A stretch of 59,737 nt of DNA from an uncultured Alistipes sp. Its GTDB lineage: Bacteria > Bacteroidota > Bacteroidia > Bacteroidales > Muribaculaceae. Position 1 is the stretch's first letter. Each line of letters opens with the position of its first letter. Positions 31,835 to 42,007 of this stretch are shown in pieces. The notes below the pieces were generated by a model that was not told where the DNA came from, searched no databases, and saw only the letters and a list, made by a program, of their open reading frames with translations. A program made the position numbers and the translations under genes. Where the stretch lies: contig CAZEST010000002.1 in NCBI GenBank assembly GCA_964514745.1, positions 1-59,737 of the forward strand. Reading direction: 5' to 3'.

Positions 31835-32989
31835 CTATTCTTTCCAGAGGAATGTTGTCAGAATGGGGTAGTGGTCGGAGCGTTTGAATTTGTCGCGTTT
31901 GTAGTCAACCGCCTCCATGTCTCCCCGATAGAGGATGTGGTCAATCTGGAAATAGAACCTATTAGCGTGGTAGGTTATTGTTGGTCCGCAACCGGCTTCA
32001 ATGAATGCTTCCTTGAAGTCGTCTTGCTGTAGTTGTCGGATGGCGTAGCAGTTGTTGATGTCGTTAAAGTCGCCGGCGATGATTACGTTTTCAATCTCCA
32101 GCGAATCTATGCGCTCACGTAGAAAGCTTGTCATTCGTGAGCGGTTACGGAAAGCTTTGGACAGCTTGGAGAGCAACTGATGTCTGGCGGTTTTGATAGC
32201 CGTTTTGCCCCCTTCGCCGTTGGTAATTTCGCGATATAGCGCCTTGTCGTCATTATTTAATCCAACAGAGGCAATATGCAAGCATATGATTAGTGTGCGA
32301 TGGCCCTGTATGTTGGCTATTGCACCCATATATGGCGGATTACGACGGCGCCCGGGATAGGTCAAGGTTATCGGCTCTATGGGATATTTAGATAAAATGA
32401 CGTTGTCTTTGGCCCTGAGTCGGTAGGGATAGGTGGCGCAGGTGCGGTCGTAGAGCTCTGCCGATATAACACTGCGTTTAAAAGTTTTGTCTGCCTCGAA
32501 CTCTTGCAAGCAGAGGATGTCGGCGTTGTAGTCAAGGATATGCTGCAGTGTTGGATTATTGATTCCGTTGTCCCTCTCGTTGCGGAGAATTTTCTTCATG
32601 TCATTCTTTGACTCGCAGGTATAGTCTACTAATCCGAATGCATTGTAGCTTAGGAGGGTAAAGCTATGTGTTTTTTCTTCATCGGAGAGTTTCTTTCCGA
32701 AGCAGTGAAGGGGGCAAAAATCGAGAATGGGGCCAATACATATTAGCAACGTAGCTCCGGGGATAATTGCCATGCGCTTGTCGAAGAGGAAGGATATAAC
32801 CAGGGCTGCTATCGTAGCAAAAAGCCAAACCGGAAATGTCATGGCAAGCAGTGCAGGAATGGTACTCTTTTCGGGATTTACCATACCGCCATAGGCCGAT
32901 AAGATTGTTATCAGCAATAGCAGGCTGTTAGCCAGATAGCCTATTACGGTTATCGACTTCCTGATACGTTGTTTATTTACTTTCTGCAC
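31835..32989 (-). CDS. Endonuclease/exonuclease/phosphatase family membrane protein
   Basis: Three N-terminal TM helices, LSYN, DILCLQE, AGDFND, QIDHILY, SDHYP. Confidence 0.9.
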   Translation of the reverse strand: MQKVNKQRIRKSITVIGYLANSLLLLITILSAYGGMVNPEKSTIPALLAMTFPVWLFATIAALVISFLFDKRMAIIPGATLLICIGPILDFCPLHCFGKKLSDEEKTHSFTLLSYNAFGLVDYTCESKNDMKKILRNERDNGINNPTLQHILDYNADILCLQEFEADKTFKRSVISAELYDRTCATYPYRLRAKDNVILSKYPIEPITLTYPGRRRNPPYMGAIANIQGHRTLIICLHIASVGLNNDDKALYREITNGEGGKTAIKTARHQLLSKLSKAFRNRSRMTSFLRERIDSLEIENVIIAGDFNDINNCYAIRQLQQDDFKEAFIEAGCGPTITYHANRFYFQIDHILYRGDMEAVDYKRDKFKRSDHYPILTTFLWKE

Positions 32990-33728
32990 GGGTGTGAGAA
33001 TTATGCAAATTGAAAAGTTCCAGGCGTTCTTGTTCGCTGAGGGAGTTGAAGCCTGAACGTTCGGCTTTCTGCAGTAAAGAAAGTTGGCGGGTATGTTGGC
33101 GTGCGCATGTCAGTGCGTTTTCCGAGATTGACTTATCGCGTTTGCGGAGCAGTAGTCCGAGGATTAGTCCGGTTAATGCGCCCCCTATGTGGGCTGCAGT
33201 TTCTGCAGACAGGGCGTTGGAGAAAGCAAAGAGCGTCAGCAGCGCAAACAGAGCAAGCCATTTGAGCTTGACCTCCCCGATTAGAATCATCTGCAGTTTG
33301 CGATTGGGTGCCAGGCATGTTGCTGCAATAATAACAGAAATTACGGCAGCCGATGCCCCAACCAATTCGTTACTCGGTTCGTCGCTAATAACGGTGTAGT
33401 AAACAAACGTAATACCTCCAACGATGCCTCCGGCAATGTAGGTGGCAAACGATGCAGCCCAGTTCCCTTTCATCATTGGGCAGAAACCTATCAGCCACAG
33501 CATATTTACCGTTAGATGGACAAAGCTGACATGGGTAAACATATAGGTAAGGATTGTCCAAGGAGAGGATAATATATCCCATGGCTCCGAACTCAGGGCC
33601 AGGCTATCAGTGAGGGCCGGTAGCAACTTGGGGTAAAAACCGGTCATGAGCCAGCCGACCAACATGACAAAGTAGACCATCAGGTTGATGGCTATCAGAG
33701 TCAGTGTTGCGCGCGCTGTATGTGTCAT
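32973..33728 (-). CDS. Rhomboid intramembrane serine protease
   Basis: TYMFTH..HL.VNM, GASAA catalytic Ser, AHIGG catalytic His. Confidence 0.9.
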   Translation of the reverse strand: MTHTARATLTLIAINLMVYFVMLVGWLMTGFYPKLLPALTDSLALSSEPWDILSSPWTILTYMFTHVSFVHLTVNMLWLIGFCPMMKGNWAASFATYIAGGIVGGITFVYYTVISDEPSNELVGASAAVISVIIAATCLAPNRKLQMILIGEVKLKWLALFALLTLFAFSNALSAETAAHIGGALTGLILGLLLRKRDKSISENALTCARQHTRQLSLLQKAERSGFNSLSEQERLELFNLHNSHTRAESK

Positions 33729-33741
33729 GGCCGAGATGGAT

Positions 33742-34503
33742 TTAGAAGTATGTTCGGATTGTGCCGGTCTTTTTCCACCATAAGAGCATCAGGAAGCCAA
33801 CCAGCATGCCACCCAGGTGGGCGAAATGAGCTACGGTATCAGCTTGGCTGTTGACGATGCCAAGGAAGAGTTCAATAGCTGCAAACACGATGACAGCCGT
33901 TCTAGCCCGCATCGGAACCGGTGGGAATACCAGGTAGATTCTCATCTGGGGGAAGAGGAACCCGAAGGCGAGCAGAATACCATAAATTGCGCCCGACGCA
34001 CCAACTGTTGGTGTGTGATAGAGGCCTAAGATCGACATTACGGCCGGCTCGTTTGGACTAACATTGATATTCGCCAAGTCGCCGTAGGTAACGTGGCTAT
34101 TTCGGAGCAGATGGCAGAGTTGCGAACCGTTTTCGAAGAGGCCGGCATAGTGATTAATCATGAGTGCAAATACCCCCTCCTGAATCAGGGCCGCACCTAT
34201 TCCGCAACTGATGTAGTAGAGCAGATATTTCTGCGATCCGAGAGAACGTTCGATAATTTCGCCGAACATCCAGAGGGAGAACATGTTAAAGAAGAGATGC
34301 CAGAACGTTCCGTGGAGAAACATGTAGCTGATGAGCTGCCACGGCAGGAACTGGTCCGACGTAAAATAATAAAGTGCACCGTATTGCTCCGCCAGGCCGC
34401 CAACTTTCGGTACGAGCGATGTAAACAGAAATACGATGATGTTAATAATCAGAAGATTTTTTGTAACGGGAGGTATATTAAGCAACCTATCTGTAAAACT
34501 CAT
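33742..34503 (-). CDS. Rhomboid intramembrane serine protease
   Basis: SYMFLHG..HLFFNM, VGASGA, VAHFAHLGG. Confidence 0.93.
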   Translation of the reverse strand: MSFTDRLLNIPPVTKNLLIINIIVFLFTSLVPKVGGLAEQYGALYYFTSDQFLPWQLISYMFLHGTFWHLFFNMFSLWMFGEIIERSLGSQKYLLYYISCGIGAALIQEGVFALMINHYAGLFENGSQLCHLLRNSHVTYGDLANINVSPNEPAVMSILGLYHTPTVGASGAIYGILLAFGFLFPQMRIYLVFPPVPMRARTAVIVFAAIELFLGIVNSQADTVAHFAHLGGMLVGFLMLLWWKKTGTIRTYF

Positions 34504-34661
34504 TTCAACACAGTTTATAATATCTGCAAAGTTACAACTTTTTTTCTAATTGCCCCGATAGTTTATTCGCCATTTCCAACCTTTTTCTAACCTGTAGGTC
34601 ATATGAAGATAAATGTTTTGTTAAAATAGGTAAAAATATTTATATTGCAAAAGGTAATTCG

Positions 34662-34669
34662 TAAATTTG
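34662..34669 (+). promoter_or_regulatory. -7 promoter box for the steroid reductase cluster
   Basis: TAAATTTG about 60 nt upstream of the 34730 ATG; a divergent box (TAACTTTG, minus) lies near 34527. Confidence 0.55.
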
Positions 34670-34729
34670 GAGTGCAATCTAAAGATACTGAATAGAAAGT
34701 CCGCTTCAAGTTTTTAATAGTTTTTTGCT

Positions 34730-35542
34730 ATGACTCAAATCTTTACCCCTGAAATCTACCAATCGGTAATCACGTGCATGGTTGTGCTGGCCATAATTGT
34801 ATTTATTGCGTTGCAATGGATAGAGGCTCCGTATGGTATGGCATATCGTAGCGGATGGGGGCCGTCAATCAATAATCGTATCGGGTGGGTCTTAATGGAG
34901 GCTCCGGCGTTTTTTGCGATGGCTGTAGCTGAATTAATGGCTGATGATCAGTCGGAAATAGCTGTGCTTATAGCCTCGCTGTTTTTGCTGCATTATTTCC
35001 GTCGGTCGTTTATATTTCCGTGTCAAATGAGGGGTAATAGCCGAATGCCTGTGGTAATTGCCTTGATGGGAGCGGTTTTCAATCTTGTCAATGTTTATTT
35101 GATAGGCGGATGGCTCTTCTATATGGCTCCCGGCTATTATTCGCCTATAGCCGAATTTATAAAGGGTAATTGGTCGATGGCTATTGAATCACCGATGCCT
35201 GTTGCTTTTTTTGTTGGGCTGGTAGTGTTCGCGATCGGAATGTCGATCAACTGGAGAGCAGATTCGATAGTGCGCCATCTTCGTAAGCCGGGAGAAACCG
35301 GCCATAAGATACCTTATGGAGGAATGTTTCGCTATGTTTCATCGGCAAGCTATTTCGGAGAAATCGTTGAATGGTTCGGGTTTGCGTTGCTTTGTTGGTC
35401 GGCTGCCGGGTGGGTGTTCCTGTTGTGGACGTGTGCTAATCTGGTGCCTCGTGCAGGGAAAATCCATCAACGCTATATGGCCGAATTTGGTGATACTTAC
35501 AAGGCTCTTAACCGCCGTCGTGTCTTCCCGTTTATCTATTAG
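34730..35542 (+). CDS. 3-oxo-5-alpha-steroid 4-dehydrogenase / steroid 5-alpha-reductase (5AR)
   Basis: APYG, GWVLMEAP, LHYFRRSFIFP, LRKPGETGHKIPYGGMFRYVSSASYFGEIVEWFG and NLVPRA match the SRD5A family pattern. Confidence 0.88.
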   Translation: MTQIFTPEIYQSVITCMVVLAIIVFIALQWIEAPYGMAYRSGWGPSINNRIGWVLMEAPAFFAMAVAELMADDQSEIAVLIASLFLLHYFRRSFIFPCQMRGNSRMPVVIALMGAVFNLVNVYLIGGWLFYMAPGYYSPIAEFIKGNWSMAIESPMPVAFFVGLVVFAIGMSINWRADSIVRHLRKPGETGHKIPYGGMFRYVSSASYFGEIVEWFGFALLCWSAAGWVFLLWTCANLVPRAGKIHQRYMAEFGDTYKALNRRRVFPFIY

Positions 35543-35602
35543 GTTCGAGGGCGGAAAGAGAATTGAATATATGATTTAATAAAATGAGATAATAAGTTGT
35601 AT

Positions 35603-36835
35603 ATGAATAAGATATATCCTACTTCGAAACTGTTTACTCCATATAAGATAGGCCCGCTTGAATTGCGCAACCGTACGATTCGCAGTGCAGCTTTTGAGGG
35701 AATGGGCAAGGACAATGGGCCAACCCGTATGCTTCGCGACTATCATGAAAGCGTAGCTCGCGGTGGGGTTGGCATGACAACTTTGGCTTACGCAGGAATC
35801 TGTAAATCGGCGCTGTCGTTTACTACTCAGCTATGGTTGCGTCAGGAGATTGTGCCGGAATTACGCGAGATAACTGATGCCGTACATTCCCATGGCGCTA
35901 AGGCCTCTATTCAAATAGGTCATTGCGGAAATATGACCCATCGATCGACAGCCGGCGGAACGCCCGTTGGTGCGTCAACCGGGTTCAATCTCTATTCTCC
36001 GACATTTGTACGCGGACTAAAGCCGGATGAACTGACGTCTCTTGCCAAGCTGTTTGGCGATGCAGTGCGTACGGCCCGTGATGCCGGATTTGATGCCGTA
36101 GAGGTTCATGCCGGACATGGTTATCTAATTTCGCAATTTCTTTCGCCGTATACCAATCATAGAAAAGACCAATTTGGAGGTTCTTTGGACAACAGAATGC
36201 TCTTTATGCGTATGGTAATGGAGCAGGTGATGGAGGCGGCCAAGGATGATATGGCTGTTATCGTCAAGACCAACATGCGCGATGGGTTCAAGGGCGGGCT
36301 GGAGATTGACGATTGCCTGACCGTAGCCAAGGAACTTGAGAATTTGGGGGCACATGCATTAGTGTTGTCCGGCGGATTTGTCAGCAAGGCGCCGATGTAT
36401 GTGATGCGAGGCGAAATGCCAATCTACTCCATGACCTACTATATGAAGCAACTATGGCTGAAGTATGGTGTGCGCTGGGTTGGTAAGTACATGATACCTA
36501 AAGTGCCGTTCAAGGAACTATACTTCTTGGATGATGCCAAGCGGTTCCGTGAGGCTCTCTCCTTGCCGTTGATTTACGTTGGTGGCGCAGTCAGTCGCGA
36601 AGGGATTGAGACGGTGTTGGATAGCGGCTTTGAATTCGTACAGATGGGACGTGCATTGCTCAACGACCCGGAGTTCGTCAACCATCTGAAGCAGGGTGCA
36701 GAGCGATGCACGTGTGACCATGTCAATTACTGTATTGCTCGAATGTATTCGCGCGAAATGGCTTGTTATCAACATCTTGACAATCTGCCACCGAAGATTC
36801 TGAAGGAAATAGAGGAGATTAAGAAACATGGTTGA
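35603..36835 (+). CDS. NADH:flavin oxidoreductase (OYE-like); candidate steroid 5-beta-reductase (5BR)
   Basis: LRNRTIRSAAFEG, QIGHCG, GFDAVEVHAGHGYLISQFLSPYTNHRKDQFGGSLDNR; adjacent to 5AR. Confidence 0.85.
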   Translation: MNKIYPTSKLFTPYKIGPLELRNRTIRSAAFEGMGKDNGPTRMLRDYHESVARGGVGMTTLAYAGICKSALSFTTQLWLRQEIVPELREITDAVHSHGAKASIQIGHCGNMTHRSTAGGTPVGASTGFNLYSPTFVRGLKPDELTSLAKLFGDAVRTARDAGFDAVEVHAGHGYLISQFLSPYTNHRKDQFGGSLDNRMLFMRMVMEQVMEAAKDDMAVIVKTNMRDGFKGGLEIDDCLTVAKELENLGAHALVLSGGFVSKAPMYVMRGEMPIYSMTYYMKQLWLKYGVRWVGKYMIPKVPFKELYFLDDAKRFREALSLPLIYVGGAVSREGIETVLDSGFEFVQMGRALLNDPEFVNHLKQGAERCTCDHVNYCIARMYSREMACYQHLDNLPPKILKEIEEIKKHG

Positions 36836-37652
36836 GATTAGAAACCGATGGGCGGTGGTAACCGGCGGTAGCTCCGGCATCGGACTGGCTTTTGCTAACG
36901 AACTTGCGCAACGAGGGGCTAATCTGTTGCTGATTAGTATTCAGCCCAAGGAATTGTTGCTGGAGAGTCAACGCATTGCAGCGGAGTATGGCGTAAAAGT
37001 GTTGACTTTAGAGCTGAATTTGGCCGATAGGGATGTTGCTAAGACAGTGGAGAATTTTCTTGCTGTGCATGAAATTGTTCCGTTTATATTCATTAATAAT
37101 GCCGGAATATTTTCTTTTGCCCCTGTTACGGAAACATCAGAAGCCAAGATTCTGCTATTTATCAACCTTCATGTAAGAGCCGTAACCGAGTTGTCGAGAG
37201 CGATGGCTATTTTGATGGCAAAGCAGCCGCTACAAAACGGGTCGAAAAGGCGAGGTTATATCTTGAATATGTCGTCGATGTCGTGCTGGACGCCGATGCC
37301 GGGATTAGCCATGTATGCTGCTACGAAAGCATACATCCGTGTGTTTACGCGAGCCTTGGCTTATGAATTGCGCGATAGCGAGGTTCGTGTACTGACATGT
37401 TGCCCCGGAGGAATTGCAACCAATCTCTTTGGATTGCCATCCAACTTGATGCGCCTGGCTCTGCGATTGGGCTTTGTTACCAAACCGGAAACATTTACAA
37501 GACGGGCCATTAACCGACTGCTTAAAGGCCGTATGCAATACGTCAATGGGTGGTTAAACCGTGTGTCGATCGTCTTTGTAGGCGTAATGCCGACATCGGT
37601 TAGAATGCTTATTAAACATAAAATGCTCGATAAGGGCATCCAGAAAATATGA
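36828..37652 (+). CDS. SDR oxidoreductase; candidate hydroxysteroid dehydrogenase
   Basis: TGGSSGIG, NNAG, YAATK catalytic motif. Confidence 0.85.
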   Translation: MVEIRNRWAVVTGGSSGIGLAFANELAQRGANLLLISIQPKELLLESQRIAAEYGVKVLTLELNLADRDVAKTVENFLAVHEIVPFIFINNAGIFSFAPVTETSEAKILLFINLHVRAVTELSRAMAILMAKQPLQNGSKRRGYILNMSSMSCWTPMPGLAMYAATKAYIRVFTRALAYELRDSEVRVLTCCPGGIATNLFGLPSNLMRLALRLGFVTKPETFTRRAINRLLKGRMQYVNGWLNRVSIVFVGVMPTSVRMLIKHKMLDKGIQKI

Positions 37653-38398
37653 CATCCCAAACTTATACAATAGTAACCGGTGCTACCGGTGCGATTGGTG
37701 CGGAAATATCTCAAGCCTTGGCCCGGCGAGGCGAAAATCTGATTCTTGCTTGCCGAAATGCAGCTAAGGCTGAGAAACTTCGTCAGCAACTCATTGCGCT
37801 TAATCCGGATGTTGCCGTCTTAACTGAAACGTTAGATTTGACCGATGCCGATAGTGTTGAGGCTTTTGTTGAACGGCTACGCGCTAATCGGTTGTATATT
37901 AAGGCATTAATTAATAATGCCGGAGTAATGCAGCGCCGGTTCGCTACGGATAAACTCGGTCGGGAATTGACCATGGTAGTTAACTATCATAATACCAAGC
38001 TGCTGGCTTTGCGGGCGGTAGAGGCCTTCCCGATGCTGGAACGCGTAGTTTTTACAACATCGTTGACGCGAAGATTTATCCGTCGTCATCCGAATTTGCA
38101 AGTTACGGATGCAACCTTCTCCCAGCTCGGCACGTATGCTCGCTCCAAACGAGCCATCACGGACTTTGCTGTTGAATTGGCGGCAAACAATCCGCATTTG
38201 ACAGTAAATTGTGCAGACCCGGGGATTGTCAATTCGTCGATGATTCATATGGACCGTTGGTTCGACGGTTTGGCCGACGTTGCCTTTCGGCCCTTTATTC
38301 GTTCGCCGAAACATGGCGCAATTCCGGCGCTGAGAGCCTTCACCGAACCAAAGTCGGCGCGCATATTCAGCCGTTTCGTGAGCCGTAAGCTATCATAA
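37649..38398 (+). CDS. SDR oxidoreductase (retinol-DH-like); candidate hydroxysteroid dehydrogenase
   Basis: TGATGAIG, ILACRN, INNAG, YARSK, ADPGIVNS; ATGA overlap with the preceding SDR. Confidence 0.85.
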   Translation: MTSQTYTIVTGATGAIGAEISQALARRGENLILACRNAAKAEKLRQQLIALNPDVAVLTETLDLTDADSVEAFVERLRANRLYIKALINNAGVMQRRFATDKLGRELTMVVNYHNTKLLALRAVEAFPMLERVVFTTSLTRRFIRRHPNLQVTDATFSQLGTYARSKRAITDFAVELAANNPHLTVNCADPGIVNSSMIHMDRWFDGLADVAFRPFIRSPKHGAIPALRAFTEPKSARIFSRFVSRKLS

Positions 38399-38521
38399 CT
38401 ATAGTCCGTTTCCGGAAAAATTACTAACTTTGCAGTCGGGTTGCGTGCTCGCGTTATGCCGCAACCTGAGGCCTGTCGTGTGATGGCTTATTCTAAACCT
38501 CAAACCGTATAAGACTCAGAA

Positions 38522-39652
38522 ATGGATTTTAAACTGGAAGCAACTCCGAGCGGAACCGCTGCACGTGCGGGTAAAATTTCGACAGATCATGGCGATATCC
38601 TTACCCCCATTTTTATGCCTGTAGGCACGGTCGGTGCTGTAAAGGCTGTTCATGCGCGAGAATTGCGCGATGATATCAAGGCTCAGATTATCCTGGGAAA
38701 TACATACCATCTATATCTCCGTCCGGGTACCGCCTTGTTGCGTAAGGCAGGCGGCTTGCATAAGTTTGAGGGATGGGAGCGTCCGATTCTTACCGACTCG
38801 GGCGGTTTTCAGGTGTTCTCCCTCTCGGAACGACGCAAGCTTACGGAAGAGGGCGCATGGTTCCGTAGCCATATCGATGGATCCAAGCACCTATTTACGC
38901 CGGAGCGTGTAGTTGATATTCAGCGCGAAATCGGTTCGGATATCATGATGGCGCTGGATGAATGTCCTCCGGGAACATCGGAGCGTAGCTATGCACGTAA
39001 GTCGTTAGACTTGACAATGAAATGGTTGCGCCGTGGCTGGCAACATTTCAATGAAACAGAACCTATCTATGGTCATCGCCAGGCATTCTTCCCGATTGTT
39101 CAGGGCTGTACGTTCCGTGACCTGCGTCAGGAAGCGGCCAAAATGGTGACCGACCTCGGAGCTGAAGGTAATGCTATCGGTGGTTTGGCTGTAGGCGAAC
39201 CTGCCGAGGTAATGTACGAAATGATTGAGGTTGTCAACGATATTTTGCCGACCGATCGTCCGCGATACCTGATGGGAGTTGGTACGCCGGCTAATATCTT
39301 GGAGGCTATTGATCGCGGCGTTGACATGATGGACTGCGTAATGCCAACGCGAAATGGGCGCAACGGTATGCTGTTTACTCGCAACGGCATCATGAATATG
39401 CGCAATCTGAAATGGGCCGACGACTTTACGCCCATTGACCCCGAAAGCGACTGTTTCGTTGACCAAGTTTACACCAAGGCCTACCTGCGCCACCTGTTTA
39501 TTGCAGGCGAATTGCTGGCAATGCAGATTGCATCCATTCATAACTTGGCGTTCTACCTATGGTTGGTAGGGGAGGCCCGTAAGCATATCCTCGCCGGTGA
39601 CTTCCATATTTGGAAACCGCAGATGGTTGAGAACGTAACTCGTCGACTGTGA
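38522..39652 (+). CDS. tgt: tRNA-guanine transglycosylase
   Basis: TPIFMPVGT, LGNTYHL, LTDSGGFQVFSL, PRYLMGVG, DCVMPTRNGRNG; TAACTTTG at 38425-38432. Confidence 0.98.
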   Translation: MDFKLEATPSGTAARAGKISTDHGDILTPIFMPVGTVGAVKAVHARELRDDIKAQIILGNTYHLYLRPGTALLRKAGGLHKFEGWERPILTDSGGFQVFSLSERRKLTEEGAWFRSHIDGSKHLFTPERVVDIQREIGSDIMMALDECPPGTSERSYARKSLDLTMKWLRRGWQHFNETEPIYGHRQAFFPIVQGCTFRDLRQEAAKMVTDLGAEGNAIGGLAVGEPAEVMYEMIEVVNDILPTDRPRYLMGVGTPANILEAIDRGVDMMDCVMPTRNGRNGMLFTRNGIMNMRNLKWADDFTPIDPESDCFVDQVYTKAYLRHLFIAGELLAMQIASIHNLAFYLWLVGEARKHILAGDFHIWKPQMVENVTRRL

Positions 39653-39690
39653 TTATTGATTGAATACTGCGCAGTTAAGTTATTGCAAAG

Positions 39691-40824
39691 ATGAAATTTC
39701 CGAAGTTCAAACTCAAGCTTACAAAGACCCCCCTCAAGGGAGGAGGTCGGAAACCGATGTCGATACTGGACCGTTATATCATAGGTAAGTTTCTCGGTAC
39801 CTACATTTTTGCAATTATGCTGATTCTGGCAATCACGATTATCTTCGATGTTAATGAGAAGCTTGACGCATTCCTGCAGGCCCCGTTGAAGGCTACGATT
39901 TTCGACTACTTCCTGAACTTCCTGCCTTATTTTGCCAATCAGTTTAGTCCGCTTTTCGTTTTTATTGCGGTAATCTTCTTTACGTCGAAACTGGCTGATA
40001 ATTCGGAGATTATTGCTATGTTGTCGTCAGGCATGAGCTTCCGCCGGTTGCTTCGTCCTTACCTGATATCGGCTGCCGTAATCGCTGCAGCTACATTTTT
40101 GCTGTCGGCCTATGTAATTCCGCCGGCCAATGTAAAGCGAATAGCCTATACCAACACTTACGTAAAGAATCGCAAAGTAGATTATGGCGATAATATTATG
40201 TTGCAAGTTGCCCCCGGGCAGATTGCTTATATGAATCGCTACGACAACACAACCAAGACCGGCTACCACTTTTCGCTGGACCTCTTCAAGGATAAGAAAC
40301 TCATTTCGAGAATGCAAGCGCAAACAATCAAGTGGGATACGCTGTATCAATGGCAGGTGCGCGACTATGTAATCCGCGATTTAAAAGGCAATAGGGAAAT
40401 AATCAAGAAGGGATACCAATTAGACACGGTAATACCTATCGAGCCTCGTGATTTCTTGATATCTCGCAAGGATGAGGAAACGCTCTCTACGCCCCAGCTT
40501 CGACAGTATATCGAGCGCCAGAAGATGCGCGGCGTTGCTAATATTCAAGCATTTGAAATTGAGTATCACAAACGCTATGCAATGACGGCCGCCGCCTTTA
40601 TCCTGACGGTAATCGGTATGTCGCTATCGTCGAAAAAAGTAAAGGGGGGAATGGGTATCAACATCGGTATCGGACTCTTGCTCAGTTTCTCCTACATCTT
40701 GTTTATGACAGTGACCTCCTCGTTTGCCGTCTCCGGCCTGACATCGCCTTTGATAGCAATGTGGATTCCCAATATCCTTTACGCTATAATAGCCATTACG
40801 CTCTATTTCAAGGCTTCCCGCTAA
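39691..40824 (+). CDS. lptG: LptF/LptG family permease (start may be MSILDRY)
   Basis: ILDRYIIGKFLGT, IFFTSKLADNSEIIAMLSSGMSF.R, AMWIPNI. Confidence 0.85.
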   Translation: MKFPKFKLKLTKTPLKGGGRKPMSILDRYIIGKFLGTYIFAIMLILAITIIFDVNEKLDAFLQAPLKATIFDYFLNFLPYFANQFSPLFVFIAVIFFTSKLADNSEIIAMLSSGMSFRRLLRPYLISAAVIAAATFLLSAYVIPPANVKRIAYTNTYVKNRKVDYGDNIMLQVAPGQIAYMNRYDNTTKTGYHFSLDLFKDKKLISRMQAQTIKWDTLYQWQVRDYVIRDLKGNREIIKKGYQLDTVIPIEPRDFLISRKDEETLSTPQLRQYIERQKMRGVANIQAFEIEYHKRYAMTAAAFILTVIGMSLSSKKVKGGMGINIGIGLLLSFSYILFMTVTSSFAVSGLTSPLIAMWIPNILYAIIAITLYFKASR

Positions 40825-41037
40825 TAAAAATCAGAGGATATTAGCGCGTCTGAAAAATAAAAACAAAATAGCAGCAAAAAATCCGGTTGAATAGCGCTAA
40901 ATTTATTGTTTGGGCGAGGAAAAGTTATTATCTTTGCAACAGAAAATATAGCATCATTTAAGATTCTTCCGATTGTAAGGTTCTCGAATTTTGAAAACTT
41001 GGATGCTATCGTAAAACCATAAAGACTGTCGTTACCG

Positions 41038-41976
41038 ATGAATCCCAAATCTATTGTTTCCATCGACGACCTCGGCAAAGACGATTTGCTTGCAATTCTT
41101 GCCGACGCCCGTTTTTTTGAGCAAAATCCCAATCACAAAATCCTCGATGGGAAAGTTGTTGCAACACTGTTTTTTGAGCCGTCAACTCGAACTCGGTTAA
41201 GTTTTGAAACAGCAGTGAACCGCTTAGGCGGGCGCGTTATCGGTTTCTCCGATGCCAATACATCATCATCATCGAAAGGCGAGTCGCTGAAAGATACTAT
41301 CAAGATGGTATCCAATTATGTTGACTTGATAATCATGCGCCACTATAAGGACGGAGCAGCCAAGTATGCTGCCTCTGTAACCAACGTGCCGCTGATTAAT
41401 GCCGGCGACGGTTCTAATCAGCATCCGTCTCAAACGATGCTCGACCTCTATTCAATTCAGAAGACTCAAGGTCGCTTGGACAACCTGGAGATAACGATGG
41501 TTGGCGACCTAAAGTATGGCCGTACGGTCCATTCTTTGTTGATGGCCATGCGCTATTTCAATCCGAAGTTCCGATTCGTTTCATGCCCGGAGCTGGCCAT
41601 GCCAAAGGAGTATATCGAGCTCTGTGAACGGCTCAATATTCCTTATGAAATCCATACCGAGCTATCGCCGGAGGTAATCAATTCTACCGATATTCTTTAT
41701 ATGACACGCGTGCAGCGCGAGCGTTTCCTTGACCTTTCAGAGTATGAACGCGTAAAGGATTGCTACAGCTTGCACAACAGCATGCTGGCCGGGTCGCGCG
41801 ATAATCTGCGCGTACTGCATCCGCTGCCTCGCTTGAACGAAATCTCGGAGGATGTCGATGACAACCCGAAGGCCTACTATTTCGAACAGGCTCGCAATGG
41901 ACTGTTTGCTCGTCAGGCAATGATTTGCCGTGCATTGGGCATTACTGTTGACGATATTAAAGCTTCAGAGAAGTAA
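41038..41976 (+). CDS. pyrB: Aspartate carbamoyltransferase catalytic subunit
   Basis: [53 protein letters not shown]. Confidence 0.98.
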   Translation: MNPKSIVSIDDLGKDDLLAILADARFFEQNPNHKILDGKVVATLFFEPSTRTRLSFETAVNRLGGRVIGFSDANTSSSSKGESLKDTIKMVSNYVDLIIMRHYKDGAAKYAASVTNVPLINAGDGSNQHPSQTMLDLYSIQKTQGRLDNLEITMVGDLKYGRTVHSLLMAMRYFNPKFRFVSCPELAMPKEYIELCERLNIPYEIHTELSPEVINSTDILYMTRVQRERFLDLSEYERVKDCYSLHNSMLAGSRDNLRVLHPLPRLNEISEDVDDNPKAYYFEQARNGLFARQAMICRALGITVDDIKASEK

Positions 41977-42007
41977 CCAAATAAATGTTATTGCGTGGGA
42001 CTCGGTT

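Noticed and set aside
29661..34503. Tandem rhomboids + EEP + dcp as a novel system
   Set aside because: The rhomboid-rhomboid-EEP arrangement is a common conserved Bacteroidales neighbourhood
38437..38468. Hairpin CGGGTTGCG/CGCAACCTG in the tgt leader as a preQ1 riboswitch
   Set aside because: Lacks the preQ1 consensus loop and A-rich tail; likely a plain 5' stem-loop
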